Shown: positions 6,754 through 16,360 of the stretch, one piece after another
Layout of the letters: every line of letters begins with the position of its first letter
Position numbering within the stretch: the first letter of the stretch is position 1
Virus record (IMG/VR): IMGVR_UViG_3300042291_001547
Coordinates: 1-52,394 of that record
DNA: 52,394 nucleotides
Reading direction: 5' to 3' (one strand)
Origin: a virus
Taxonomy: Duplodnaviria; Caudoviricetes
The notes under the pieces: model-generated
The model's input: only the letters and a program-made list of their open reading frames with translations
The model's database searches: none
What the model was told of the DNA's origin: nothing
Translations under genes and position numbers: made by a program

Positions 6754-8961
6754 ATGCAGACACCCGAAGAGATGGAGCAGGACGGCACAGACGAGCGCAT
6801 CAACCGCTTGCAGTCCTTTGGTCAAGCCCTCGGTCGGCAGAGAGATAACTGGATACGCGCCCGGTACGCACTGGGCGTCGACAAGCGCTGGGTCGAAGAC
6901 GAAGACCAGTACAACAGCAAAGACAACGTAAACCGCGCAGCGTCACAGATGATGACCAGCGTGGAGCAGGGCTACCCGGTCACCACCAATCACGCCAAAG
7001 CGCATCGCTCTACCGTGTATATCGGGTTGACCCGGCAGAAGACCAATGCCGCTGAGGCGCGCATAGCAGACATATTGATCCCCACTGATGACCGTAACTG
7101 GGGCATCAAGCCCACACCAGATCCGACAATCAGTGAGCTGATCCGCGACAAGCAGATAGCGGTAGACCCATCAACCGGGCAGCCGGTCACTGACCAGGAA
7201 GGCAACCCGGTGCCAATGAAGATGGTCGCCCGGGCAATCCTGCGTGACGCGTCAGACAAAGCAAAGGCCATGCAGCTGGAGATCGAAGACCAGCTGGTCG
7301 AGTGCGACTACCTCGGTGAGCTACGCAAAGTTATCCATGACTCAGCCAAGCTGGGCACCGGCGTGATCAAAGGGCCGGTTGTGATGAACCGCATTCGCAA
7401 GGCCTGGAAAGAGATCGTTGACCCGGCTACCGGGGAAAGCGTCCAGGCGATGGTCATCGTTGAGGAAGAGGGTCCAGCCAGCGTGCAGATAGACCCGCGC
7501 AACGTGTTCCCTGATCCGGGCTGTGGCACCAACGTGCAGAACGGCAGGGGCATATACGAGCGCGAAGAGATGACGTCGCGCCGGGTAAAGGAGCTGGCCA
7601 AGCAGCCAGGCTACATGCCCGAACAGTTGCGCAAGGTGCTGGAGGAAGGCCCTAAGCGCAGCCACGCGATGCAAGAGATCCGCGACGAAGAGCAGCGCGA
7701 CATTGCCGAAGACCTGTTTGAGCGCTGGGAGTACACCGGCGACGTAGACCACGACGACCTGGCCGCAGCGGGTATTCAGCTGCCCGAGAAGGACGTGCTC
7801 CGGACAATCAGCGCCACAGTGGTGATGATCAACAACACCGTCGTTAAGGCGTTCCTGAATCCGCTCGAAGACGGCTCACTGCCCTACGACTTCTTTGTGT
7901 GGGAAAAGTCTGGCAACAGTGTCTGGGGCTACGGCGTGCCGTACCTGATGCGTGCTCAGCAGAGAGTGCTCAACGCAGCCTGGCGGCAGATGATGGACAA
8001 CTCTGGCGTGACCAGTGGTCCTCAGATCGTCGTCAAGCCCAGCGTCATCCAGCCCGCTGACAAGCAGTGGCAGCTGTCCTCGCGCAAGATCTGGTACGCC
8101 ACAGACGACCTGGACGACGTGCGCAAAGCGTTTGCGTCGTTCGAGTTCAACAGCCACCAGGCTGAGCTGGCCAACATTATTGAGATGGCGATGGGGCTGG
8201 CGGACGCCGAGACTGGCGTGCCAACGCTGATGCAGGGCGAGAAAGGCACCGCTCCGGATACGGTCGGCGGCATGCAGATGCTGATGACCTCGGCCAACGT
8301 TGTACTTAAACGCCTGGTCAAGCAGTTCGACGACATGGTGACCAAACCGCACATCCGTCGGTACTACGACTGGAACATGCTGTACAACGAGGACAGCGCG
8401 ATCAAGGGCGACTTCTCAGTCGACGCCAGAGGCAGCTCAACGCTGGTCGTGCGCGACATCCAGAACCAGGCGTTCCTACAGCTGCTGGCTGCAGGGGCTA
8501 ACCCGGTGTACGGCAAGTACCTTGATCCTAAGAAACTGTTTGAGCGTGCGCTCCAGGCGCAGCACATTGACCCGGCAGAAGTGTTTAAGACTGACGAGCA
8601 GATCGAGGCGATTGAAGACGCTGAGCGTCAGGCGGCTGAGCAAGGGCAGAGCGAAGATCCACGTATTGCCGCGGCTAAGATCCGGGCGCAGACTGATGTC
8701 CAGCGCGTCCAGGCGCAGAACGAAGGCGACATGATGGAGCTGCAGACACGCCTGGATATTGCCCAGCAGCAGATAACTGCACGCCGGGAAGAGCGCGGGC
8801 AGATGATCGAGCTGGAGATGTTGAAATTGGCCAACGCGCAGAACATGTCGCTGGAACAGATCAAAGCCAAGCTTGGTGAGACCGCGATAAAAGAGCGTAG
8901 CAAACAAAGCTTGTTTGCTGCTGAGCGTAGACTGAAGATGCAGATGGGTAGCGGAATATGA
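6754..8961 (+). CDS. Portal protein
   Basis: 735 aa following TerL; LGTGVIKGP, WGYGVPYLM, ETGVP..MQGE, TVGGMQMLM; long helical C-terminus. Confidence 0.88.
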   Translation: MQTPEEMEQDGTDERINRLQSFGQALGRQRDNWIRARYALGVDKRWVEDEDQYNSKDNVNRAASQMMTSVEQGYPVTTNHAKAHRSTVYIGLTRQKTNAAEARIADILIPTDDRNWGIKPTPDPTISELIRDKQIAVDPSTGQPVTDQEGNPVPMKMVARAILRDASDKAKAMQLEIEDQLVECDYLGELRKVIHDSAKLGTGVIKGPVVMNRIRKAWKEIVDPATGESVQAMVIVEEEGPASVQIDPRNVFPDPGCGTNVQNGRGIYEREEMTSRRVKELAKQPGYMPEQLRKVLEEGPKRSHAMQEIRDEEQRDIAEDLFERWEYTGDVDHDDLAAAGIQLPEKDVLRTISATVVMINNTVVKAFLNPLEDGSLPYDFFVWEKSGNSVWGYGVPYLMRAQQRVLNAAWRQMMDNSGVTSGPQIVVKPSVIQPADKQWQLSSRKIWYATDDLDDVRKAFASFEFNSHQAELANIIEMAMGLADAETGVPTLMQGEKGTAPDTVGGMQMLMTSANVVLKRLVKQFDDMVTKPHIRRYYDWNMLYNEDSAIKGDFSVDARGSSTLVVRDIQNQAFLQLLAAGANPVYGKYLDPKKLFERALQAQHIDPAEVFKTDEQIEAIEDAERQAAEQGQSEDPRIAAAKIRAQTDVQRVQAQNEGDMMELQTRLDIAQQQITARREERGQMIELEMLKLANAQNMSLEQIKAKLGETAIKERSKQSLFAAERRLKMQMGSGI

Positions 8962-9209
8962 GCAAGGGCATTATCCGAAGCGAGATGAAATGCAACGCAC
9001 CTCGCTCGACGCCTGACCACCCTAAGAAAAGTCACGTCGTCAAAGCGTGTGCAGATGGAAAAGAGAAGGTTATCCGGTTCGGCCAGAAGGGCGTCAAAGG
9101 CTCCCCGGATGGCTCGGCCAGGAACAAGGCGTTCAAGGCGCGACACGCCAAGAACATTGCTAAGGGCAAGATGAGCGCAGCCTACTGGGCGGATAAGGTG
9201 AAGTGGTGA
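8958..9209 (+). CDS. Small basic phage protein
   Basis: KKSHVV..GKEKVIRFGQKG..AFKARH..SAAYWADKVKW; coupled ORF. Confidence 0.75.
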   Translation: MSKGIIRSEMKCNAPRSTPDHPKKSHVVKACADGKEKVIRFGQKGVKGSPDGSARNKAFKARHAKNIAKGKMSAAYWADKVKW

Positions 9210-9388
9210 GCAAAGGTCTGTACGCGAACATCCACGCCAAACGTGATCGAATTAAACAGGGCAGCGGCGAGAGAATGCGCACACCTGGCGACGAAGGTGC
9301 ACCAACCGCCAGCGCGTTTAAAGAGGCTGCCAAGACAACCAAACAGGCTAAGCGCACAGGCTTGCTTAGCAAAGCGATGAGGAGCTAG
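9206..9388 (+). CDS. Small basic phage protein
   Basis: GLYANIHAKR.RIK.GSGERMR.PG..GAPT..AFK; coupled ORF. Confidence 0.75.
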   Translation: MSKGLYANIHAKRDRIKQGSGERMRTPGDEGAPTASAFKEAAKTTKQAKRTGLLSKAMRS

Positions 9389-9390
9389 TG

Positions 9391-9753
9391 ATGGCGACAG
9401 TACAGTTTTCAAGCACCAGAGATGGCGCGATTGTGGTGACGTGGGCAGCGATGGGCGGCACAGACGACGGCTCGCCGTTCCGTTTACCGAGCATGACAGA
9501 CCTGACGTTTCAAGTGTCCGGCACTTTCGGCGGCGCAACTTGCACACTGCAAGGGTCTAACGACGGCACCACCTGGTCCACACTAACGCAAAGAGGCGGC
9601 TCTGGCGGCACGGCTATGGCGTATACGTCGGCGACAATGCACGCGTGTAACGAGAACCCTATGTTTGTGCGCCCTAACATTACCGGCGGCACGGGCAGCA
9701 GTATCAAGGTCGTTCTGGCGGCGTTCCCGCAATACGCTAAGACGGGGTACTGA
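9391..9753 (+). CDS. Hypothetical beta-rich virion-associated protein
   Basis: GAGGAG RBS; QVSGTFGGATCTLQGSNDGTTW. Confidence 0.7.
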   Translation: MATVQFSSTRDGAIVVTWAAMGGTDDGSPFRLPSMTDLTFQVSGTFGGATCTLQGSNDGTTWSTLTQRGGSGGTAMAYTSATMHACNENPMFVRPNITGGTGSSIKVVLAAFPQYAKTGY

Positions 9754-9755
9754 GT

Positions 9756-10121
9756 ATGAAACAAACGGGAATGATGGTCGCCATGATCTTTGTAGGACGA
9801 GATCTTGCGCACCGGCAGCACCTGCGCACCGGGTCTTACGCGGAGCACGTGGCGCTTGGCGCATTTTATGAGGGGGTGATCCCGCTGGTCGACGGTTTTG
9901 TCGAGGCGTACCAAGGGCGGTTCAATGAGCTGCTGGATATACCCCTGGTCGACAACGAATTTGAAGGCGAGATCAGCGACATCCTGGAACAGCAGATGGC
10001 GTGGATCGAAGACAACCGGGAGAAGATATGCCCCAGGAAGGAATCAGCGCTGAACAACGAGCTTGACACAATAGTGACTCTGTACCAGACCACTCTGTAT
10101 AAGCTGAGGTTCTTAGCTTGA
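9756..10121 (+). CDS. Ferritin/Dps-like protein (DUF5856-like)
   Basis: H..HL.T.SYAEH.ALG.FY....LVD.FVEAYQG...LNN.LD.I..L...TLYKL.FL. Confidence 0.75.
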   Translation: MKQTGMMVAMIFVGRDLAHRQHLRTGSYAEHVALGAFYEGVIPLVDGFVEAYQGRFNELLDIPLVDNEFEGEISDILEQQMAWIEDNREKICPRKESALNNELDTIVTLYQTTLYKLRFLA

Positions 10122-10155
10122 CCTTCTCAAAGCATGTCTTTACCATTGATTTCAA

Positions 10156-10182
10156 CTATCAAAACATAGAAAACGATAGAAA
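10156..10182. promoter_or_regulatory. Second CTATC-N14-GATAG element, upstream of the scaffold/capsid genes
   Basis: ctatcaaaacatagaaaacgatagaaa shares AAAACGATAGAAA and spacing with 4253-4279. Confidence 0.5.
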
Positions 10183-10388
10183 TGATTAATCTACCGCCAG
10201 CTGAGTGGGCTAAGGTCGAGGCCTGGGCTAACAAAGAACTAGACAGCGTGCGCGTGAAGAACGATTCAATCGGTCTATCGCCGGAGGAGACGGCCGCATA
10301 TCGCGGAGAGATACGTCTTCTTAAGAGAATAATCGACTTGCCCAACCGGGTGACTCGAGAAGTGGAGGCACCGCCGACGTCATTCTGA
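10182..10388 (+). CDS. Hypothetical head-module protein
   Basis: ETAAYRGEIRLLKRIIDLP; small helical protein between portal and scaffold. Confidence 0.75.
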   Translation: MINLPPAEWAKVEAWANKELDSVRVKNDSIGLSPEETAAYRGEIRLLKRIIDLPNRVTREVEAPPTSF

Positions 10389-10450
10389 CATCGCCGGGCC
10401 AGTTAGAGGTGGTTTAAAGCCACCCAATGACGAGATGACGGAGATACAAA

Positions 10451-11305
10451 GTGGCAAATGATGAGCAGTTGAGCGCGCAAGACGCGCAAAAGGCGTGGGA
10501 CGAGGAAGCTAACCGAACGGACCCAGTAGAGCTGGCTCCAGACGCGCAACCGGAACCTGAACCTGATCTTGAACCAGAAGATCCTTTTGCTGGGTTGCCC
10601 CCGGCACTGATGGAGAAACTTAACAAGATCGACGATCTTCAGAGAGCCAACGAGGATCTCAAGAATCACGTTAAAGCAGCTGAGGGTCGAGTGGCCGCAT
10701 GGCAGCGCGAACGGGATCAACAACGTCAGCAAGCTGAGATTGTTGCCCCAACGAAAGCTGAAGTGAGCACGGCCAGTGCAAACCCGGAGAAGTGGAATCA
10801 ACTTAAAGATGATTTCCCTGAGTGGGCTGAAGCAATGGAGGAGTACGTCTCTTCTCGCGTAGGACAGACTGGGCAGAACGTTTCGTCCGATCAAATAAAC
10901 ACTTTGATCGAGCAACGTACTGAGCAGATCCGTAACGAAACGAGAGAAGCCGTTGAGTACGCCAAACTAGAGACCAAGCACGAAGACTGGAAGGAAACCG
11001 TTAACAGCCCAGAGTTCTTGAGCTGGATGAACGAACAGCCGGTCAGCGTGTACAACCTGATTGACAGCCCCAAGGCTGCCGACGCGGTTAAGATTCTTGA
11101 TCTCTACAAAGGCGCGAAGAAGACTCCGGTATTGTCTACAGTTGACCAGATTAAAAATCAACGTAAGGCCACGCTTTCCAATGCGCTATCGACCAAGCCC
11201 GGGGTGTCACGCCAGTCTAAGACCATTGACTCAATGACCCCAGAAGAACTTTGGAACTACGAAGCCAGGCAGCTTAAGAAACGTCAAGAGCAGCAGGGTT
11301 TTTAA
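10451..11305 (+). CDS. Capsid scaffolding protein
   Basis: Acidic N-terminus, coiled coils, HEDWKETVNSPEFLSW; directly upstream of the capsid gene. Confidence 0.75.
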   Translation: MANDEQLSAQDAQKAWDEEANRTDPVELAPDAQPEPEPDLEPEDPFAGLPPALMEKLNKIDDLQRANEDLKNHVKAAEGRVAAWQRERDQQRQQAEIVAPTKAEVSTASANPEKWNQLKDDFPEWAEAMEEYVSSRVGQTGQNVSSDQINTLIEQRTEQIRNETREAVEYAKLETKHEDWKETVNSPEFLSWMNEQPVSVYNLIDSPKAADAVKILDLYKGAKKTPVLSTVDQIKNQRKATLSNALSTKPGVSRQSKTIDSMTPEELWNYEARQLKKRQEQQGF

Positions 11306-11330
11306 CAATCAATCATAGGAGTCTTGCCAA

Positions 11331-12389
11331 ATGGCAATCCAAAATTACGGTACAGTCGCGTCGCGTAACCTTATTCGCGCCGCTCAAGGTATGCTCGAAC
11401 ACGCTCAACCCATCACAGTGCTTGGTGACTTCGGTACCCAGCGCGAGATGCCAATGAACAGCACTGACACGCTGGTCTTCCGTCGTACGCTGCCGTTCGG
11501 CGCGTCTGCTGTTGGTACCACAATTGAAGGCACTCAGCGTTACGCTGGCACGCCGAACATTGACGCTACTAACTTCGTCCTGTCTGAAGGCGTAACGCCA
11601 AACAGCAACACTATCAGTTTCCAGGACGTAACCGTCCAGCTGCAACAGTACGGTATTCTGTTTAAGTACAGCTCCAAAGTTGAACAGCTGTACGAAGACG
11701 ACATCCCTGGCGAGATGGTTAAGCTGACCGGCGAGACCATGGCAGAAGTCATGGAGATGGTTCGTTACGGCGTACTGAAAGCCGGCTCCACGGTGATCTA
11801 CGCTAACGGCACTACCCGTGCTGGCATCAACACCGCTATCAGCCTGAACGCTATTCGTAAGGCTGCGCGTACTCTCGAGAGCAACCGTGCTCGCCGAGTG
11901 ACCAGCCGTCTGGCTCCTGGCGTTAACTTCGGCACCCGTGCCGTGCAGCCCGCGTTCATCGTGTTCTGCCACACTGACGCTGTTGCTGACGTGCGTAACC
12001 TGCCAGGCTTTACCCGCGTGGAAGAGTACGGCAGCTTCAAGCCTATCCACGACCGTGAGATCGGCGCTTGCGAAGACTTCCGTTTCATCAGCTCTCCGCT
12101 GCTGAAGTCTTTCCTGGCTGCTGGCTCTGGCACGCTCAACGGTATGCTGTCTATCGCCAACGCCAACGTTGACGTATATCCGTTCCTGGTGATCGGTGAA
12201 GATGCATGGGGACAAGTTGCACTCAAAGGCATGTCCGCGATCAAGCCTGTAGTTCTCAAGGCTTCTCAGACCAACCACGCTAACCCGCTTGGCCAGTTTG
12301 GCTACGTGGGCGCTTCGACTTGGTTTGCCAGCGTGCGTCTGAACGACGCGTTCATGGCGCGTATCGAAGCCGGCGTAACTGCCCTCTAA
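11331..12389 (+). CDS. Major capsid protein, N4-gp56-like family
   Basis: MPMNSTDTLVFRR, LSEGVTP, QYG.L..YS, EIGACEDFRFI, DVYPFLVIGEDAWG, NPLGQFGYVG; strong codon bias and AGGAG RBS. Confidence 0.92.
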   Translation: MAIQNYGTVASRNLIRAAQGMLEHAQPITVLGDFGTQREMPMNSTDTLVFRRTLPFGASAVGTTIEGTQRYAGTPNIDATNFVLSEGVTPNSNTISFQDVTVQLQQYGILFKYSSKVEQLYEDDIPGEMVKLTGETMAEVMEMVRYGVLKAGSTVIYANGTTRAGINTAISLNAIRKAARTLESNRARRVTSRLAPGVNFGTRAVQPAFIVFCHTDAVADVRNLPGFTRVEEYGSFKPIHDREIGACEDFRFISSPLLKSFLAAGSGTLNGMLSIANANVDVYPFLVIGEDAWGQVALKGMSAIKPVVLKASQTNHANPLGQFGYVGASTWFASVRLNDAFMARIEAGVTAL

Positions 12390-12395
12390 CCCCTG

Positions 12396-12417
12396 GGGCG
12401 CTTTTAACTGAGCGCCC
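12396..12417 (+). other. Stem-loop after the capsid gene
   Basis: GGGCGCT-8 nt-AGCGCCC with no immediate U-tract; stabiliser or weak terminator. Confidence 0.45.
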
Positions 12418-12440
12418 TGCCTTAATTTGAGGATCGCAAC

Positions 12441-12635
12441 ATGGCAGAAAGTATTAAACAACGTATGCCGAAGATTCCGGATCTGCTCACCTCGCGTGAA
12501 CTGACTCCCTTGCTTCTGGCAATGCAAGCTGACATCGCCGCACTGTCTACATCGTTGAATCAGTTGCGTACTGACTACAACGCTGCGACGGTTCCTACCA
12601 CGGCGACGGCAGTCACCCCTAACATCACTGCATAA
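12441..12635 (+). CDS. Small structural protein (possible capsid decoration)
   Basis: GAGG RBS; follows the capsid gene with similar codon bias. Confidence 0.65.
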   Translation: MAESIKQRMPKIPDLLTSRELTPLLLAMQADIAALSTSLNQLRTDYNAATVPTTATAVTPNITA

Positions 12636-12647
12636 GGAGACACTTTC

Positions 12648-13085
12648 ATGTCTTATAATATTGAACAGATTAACAGTGGCTACGTGTCGCTGATTTCCGG
12701 AGCGATTGCTGCCGGTACTAACGCAGGTACTTTTAAGACTACTGTTGCGGTGACGTACACCAACAACGGTATTTTTAAATCCAAAGCAATCACTGACAAC
12801 TTGGCGTTTTCCGCTGGCCACACGGCTCTCGGCAATAGCCAGGCTTGTTTGTTCGGTTTGTTCCTGGACACTAGCGGCAACGTGACTACCTCACAGGGTA
12901 TGATCGTAGCAGCTGGCGACCCTTGCCCGGTGCCAAACGCCCCGGCTTCTAACCTGACTCCGTTCGGTTTGATCAAGGTTAGCACCAGTTCCAGTCAGAC
13001 CTTTACCCCGGGCACTACAGTACTCGGCACTGGCAACACTGCGACGTTTACCAACATCGCATCAATGCCAGGCAGCGCGCAGTAA
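12648..13085 (+). CDS. Structural protein (possible capsid decoration)
   Basis: AAGGAG RBS; Thr/Gly/Ala-rich, beta-type composition. Confidence 0.7.
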   Translation: MSYNIEQINSGYVSLISGAIAAGTNAGTFKTTVAVTYTNNGIFKSKAITDNLAFSAGHTALGNSQACLFGLFLDTSGNVTTSQGMIVAAGDPCPVPNAPASNLTPFGLIKVSTSSSQTFTPGTTVLGTGNTATFTNIASMPGSAQ

Positions 13086-13098
13086 CAAACGCCGTCAG

Positions 13099-13136
13099 CT
13101 CTCCCCCTTTTTTCCCTTTTAGGGGGGAGAGTTTTT
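13099..13136 (+). terminator. Rho-independent terminator
   Basis: CTCTCCCCC...GGGGGAGAG followed by TTTTT. Confidence 0.75.
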
Positions 13137-13204
13137 GACGAGTCATTGGTAACGGTGACTCGTCCTTTTTGATGGCAATTCCTATAACAACGGAGAATGC
13201 AACG

Positions 13205-13615
13205 ATGGCGAACAATAAGATTGATATAATTGATGACAGTGAGATCGTAGAGTCGGTCACCGGCAACCGCGATTTTAAACAATTGTTGAAAGACGAACAG
13301 TTTATGGAAGAGATGGTGGTCGTTATGATCCACCCAACGAGTGCCGAGAACGACGTGCCCTACGCGCACTTAAACGTAAACGGCATGAACCAAATTGTAC
13401 CTCGGGGTCAAAATGTAGCGATTCGACGAAAGTATGTTGAAGTTTTGGCGCGCATGAAAGAAACTCGATACAGTCAGGTAACGCCTAATCTTTCTGAACC
13501 AGACAAATCACACTTGATCCCAAGGCACGGCCTGGTGTTTCCTTTTGTGATCGTCGACGACAAGAATCCGAAAGGTCGGCCTTGGTTAGACCACATACTT
13601 GCTGAGCGTGATTAA
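13205..13615 (+). CDS. Hypothetical head-tail module protein
   Basis: GGAG RBS; VNG....VPRG..V.I.RKYVEVL motif. Confidence 0.7.
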   Translation: MANNKIDIIDDSEIVESVTGNRDFKQLLKDEQFMEEMVVVMIHPTSAENDVPYAHLNVNGMNQIVPRGQNVAIRRKYVEVLARMKETRYSQVTPNLSEPDKSHLIPRHGLVFPFVIVDDKNPKGRPWLDHILAERD

Positions 13616-14298
13616 TGAATTTTTTGCAGCTGATAAACCGAGCAAGACAAGAGTGTGGCGTTACAGGTCCTGACCTGACGACGGTCACCGGCTTGACCGG
13701 CGAATCGCAGCGATTCTATAACTGGATAAACTCAGCTTGGGTTGATATCCAGACCGCGCACGAAGACTGGCAGTACATGCGCCAGACTTTTCAGTTTAAT
13801 ACTGTCGGTGGCCAGTGGCAGTACACGGCGGCTGAGGCTGGCGTAGGTTCAACGTTTGCTAACTGGAAGCGAGACAGCTTCAGAGCCAGCTCGGTAGGTG
13901 CCAACTACGGCGACGAGCAGCTGCTGAACTTTATGGAATGGAACACGTTCCGTAATTTGTACCAGTACGCGAATATGCGAAACACGCAAGCCCGGCCGGT
14001 CGTGGTAACCATCGTTCCGCCAAACAAAGACCTCGGGTTTGGATCAATTCCAAACCAGCCGTTTGTTATCGTCGGAGAGTATTACCGTAAGCCCACTGAG
14101 TTTACTACCGCTACTTCTGAGCCAGACTTGCCTTTGCGTTTTCACGCCATGATTGTTTACCGGGCGATGATGTTCTACGCCGGGTACGAGTCTGCCCCTG
14201 AAGTTTATCAGCGGGGAGAGCTGGAATTTAAACGGCTCATGAACCGCCTTGAAATTGACCAGCTGCCCGATATGGTCAGCGGTCCTCCTTTGGCTTAA
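13615..14298 (+). CDS. Head-tail adaptor / tail tubular protein A-like
   Basis: MNFLQLINR, WINSAWVDIQ, EPDLP.RFHAMIVYRAM; position upstream of the nozzle gene. Confidence 0.75.
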   Translation: MNFLQLINRARQECGVTGPDLTTVTGLTGESQRFYNWINSAWVDIQTAHEDWQYMRQTFQFNTVGGQWQYTAAEAGVGSTFANWKRDSFRASSVGANYGDEQLLNFMEWNTFRNLYQYANMRNTQARPVVVTIVPPNKDLGFGSIPNQPFVIVGEYYRKPTEFTTATSEPDLPLRFHAMIVYRAMMFYAGYESAPEVYQRGELEFKRLMNRLEIDQLPDMVSGPPLA

Positions 14299-14308
14299 GG
14301 AGCACTTC

Positions 14309-16360
14309 GTGTCCACCCTGCCCACAATGCCTAAAGTCCAGTACGACCTGATTAGGTTGCAGGGCGGGTTCGACCAGGCCACGCCTACGCTGTCTTTGCC
14401 TCCCGGGTTTGTCAGACGAGCGGCAAACTTCGAGGCGGCTATCACCGGCGGGTACACGCGCATTGCCGGCTACGAAAGGTTCGACGGGCGCCCGCGCCCC
14501 TCTGACGCTATCTACGACGTGTTCGAGTGCACCCTTACAACCACCGTCGCGGTAGGCGCTGTCTTGACCGGGGTCACTTCAACTCGAACGGCAGTGGTTA
14601 TCGCGGTAGACGGATCCAATTTAATTGTCACCAAAGAGAGCGGCGACTTTACGGACGGCGAAGCGCTTACCGTATCGGCGGCGCCCGTTGGTACGCTGAT
14701 TGGCCAGATAGGTATCGTGGCGGATGGTTTAACCGACGCCACGTACCGTAACCTGGCGGCCGGTGCGTACCGCAGCGACATAACTGTTGTGCCGGGCGAA
14801 GGTCCAATTCGCGGCGTTTTCCTGTACGAAGGCACGGTGTACGCGTTCCGTAACAACGTCGGCAGCACCGCACTGGCCCTGTACGAGTCAAGCGCGAGCG
14901 GGTGGACTGCTGTACCCTTTGGCTTTGAGCTGGGGTTCAACACAGGCACCGCTGAGATCTTCGTGGGTAACACGGTCACAGGGCAGACTAGCGGAGCCAC
15001 CGGAGTGGTGGCAAAAGTTATTATTGAGTCTGGGAGTTGGCTGACCAGCGACGCTGCGGGCAGGCTGATACTTAGCTCCACAACCGGGACTTTTGTAGCG
15101 CCTGAACACCTACGAGTTGGCGGGGTAACAAAAGCCCACGCCACCGGTGCGGCGACGGCTATAACCCTGGCGCCTAATGGGCGCGTTGAGGTTGTTATCG
15201 GCAACATAGGCGGAGGCGTAGCTAACTACCTGGCCTACGGCTGCGATGGCGTAAACCGCGCCTGGGAGTTTAACGGCACTACGCTGGCGCCTATTAACAC
15301 CGGCATGGCTGTTGACACCCCTGGGCACATTGCAGTGCACCGGCAACACCTGTTCCTTACATTCGGCGCGTCGCTGCAGTTCTCTGGACTCGGGTTACCG
15401 TTCCAGTGGTCTCCTATACTGGGCGCGGGCGAGATCGCCATGAACGCCGTGATCACAAACCTGCTGCCTTTGCCGGGCGACCAGTCGAGCGGATCGTTGG
15501 CCGTGTACACCCGTAGAGACACCTCGGTGTTGTACGGCACGTCGTCGGCTAACTTTGCGCTTAGCACGTTCAACACGGGCACCGGCGCAGTGGCTTACAC
15601 TGCGCAGACGATGGACCAGGCGTACGTGCTGGACGACCGCGGCGTGATAAGCCTGAACACCAGTTTAAACTTCGGCAACTTTTTGCCCGCGTCATTGACC
15701 ATGAACATCCGCCCGTTCATGCAGCCCCGTATTAACTTGGCTACAGCCAGCACGGTGAACCGAGAGAAGGGGCAGTACCGGATGTTTTTCAGTGACGGGT
15801 ACGGACTGTACCTGACTATCTTGAACGGCCGCTTGCTGGGCGCTATGCCCGTGCAGTACCCACATGTGGTTAACTGCGCCTTTGAAGGCGAAGACCAAGC
15901 AGGCGGGGCGCGTATGTTCTTGGGCGCTACAAACGGTTTTGTTTACGAACTTGATAGAGGCACCAGCTTTGATGGCAGTGCCATCGCGGCGTCCATTGGT
16001 CTGCCATTCAACAGCATTAACTCGCCCAGAATTTTAAAGCGGTACAGAAAAGCCAGTGTTGAAGTCACCGGCGACGCGTACGCGGAGTTCCAGTTTGGCT
16101 ACGACCTGGGGTATCGGAGCCGATACTTCACCCAGGACAGCGACTCGTCGCATGAGAACGACCTACGGGCTAGTTACTGGGACGAGTGGATCTGGGACGA
16201 ATTCGTGTGGGACGGGTCTGACATCGCCCCGTCTGAAGTTGAAGTTCGCGGCACCGCGGAGAACATAGCTATTCGGGTATCCAGTGTGTCGGAGCTGCTC
16301 GAGCCTTTTACTGTTAACAGCATAATTGTCCACTACACCCTTCGCCGAGGTCTGCGATGA
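14309..16360 (+). CDS. Tail nozzle / tail tubular protein B-like
   Basis: About 680 aa, beta-rich, follows the adaptor; TAAGGAG RBS before GTG 14309. Confidence 0.7.
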   Translation: MSTLPTMPKVQYDLIRLQGGFDQATPTLSLPPGFVRRAANFEAAITGGYTRIAGYERFDGRPRPSDAIYDVFECTLTTTVAVGAVLTGVTSTRTAVVIAVDGSNLIVTKESGDFTDGEALTVSAAPVGTLIGQIGIVADGLTDATYRNLAAGAYRSDITVVPGEGPIRGVFLYEGTVYAFRNNVGSTALALYESSASGWTAVPFGFELGFNTGTAEIFVGNTVTGQTSGATGVVAKVIIESGSWLTSDAAGRLILSSTTGTFVAPEHLRVGGVTKAHATGAATAITLAPNGRVEVVIGNIGGGVANYLAYGCDGVNRAWEFNGTTLAPINTGMAVDTPGHIAVHRQHLFLTFGASLQFSGLGLPFQWSPILGAGEIAMNAVITNLLPLPGDQSSGSLAVYTRRDTSVLYGTSSANFALSTFNTGTGAVAYTAQTMDQAYVLDDRGVISLNTSLNFGNFLPASLTMNIRPFMQPRINLATASTVNREKGQYRMFFSDGYGLYLTILNGRLLGAMPVQYPHVVNCAFEGEDQAGGARMFLGATNGFVYELDRGTSFDGSAIAASIGLPFNSINSPRILKRYRKASVEVTGDAYAEFQFGYDLGYRSRYFTQDSDSSHENDLRASYWDEWIWDEFVWDGSDIAPSEVEVRGTAENIAIRVSSVSELLEPFTVNSIIVHYTLRRGLR

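Noticed and set aside
11313-12821. 502-aa antisense ORF over the capsid gene, and similar long antisense ORFs over tail and ejection genes
   Set aside because: Expected shadow of strongly biased sense codons; no RBS or protein-like features
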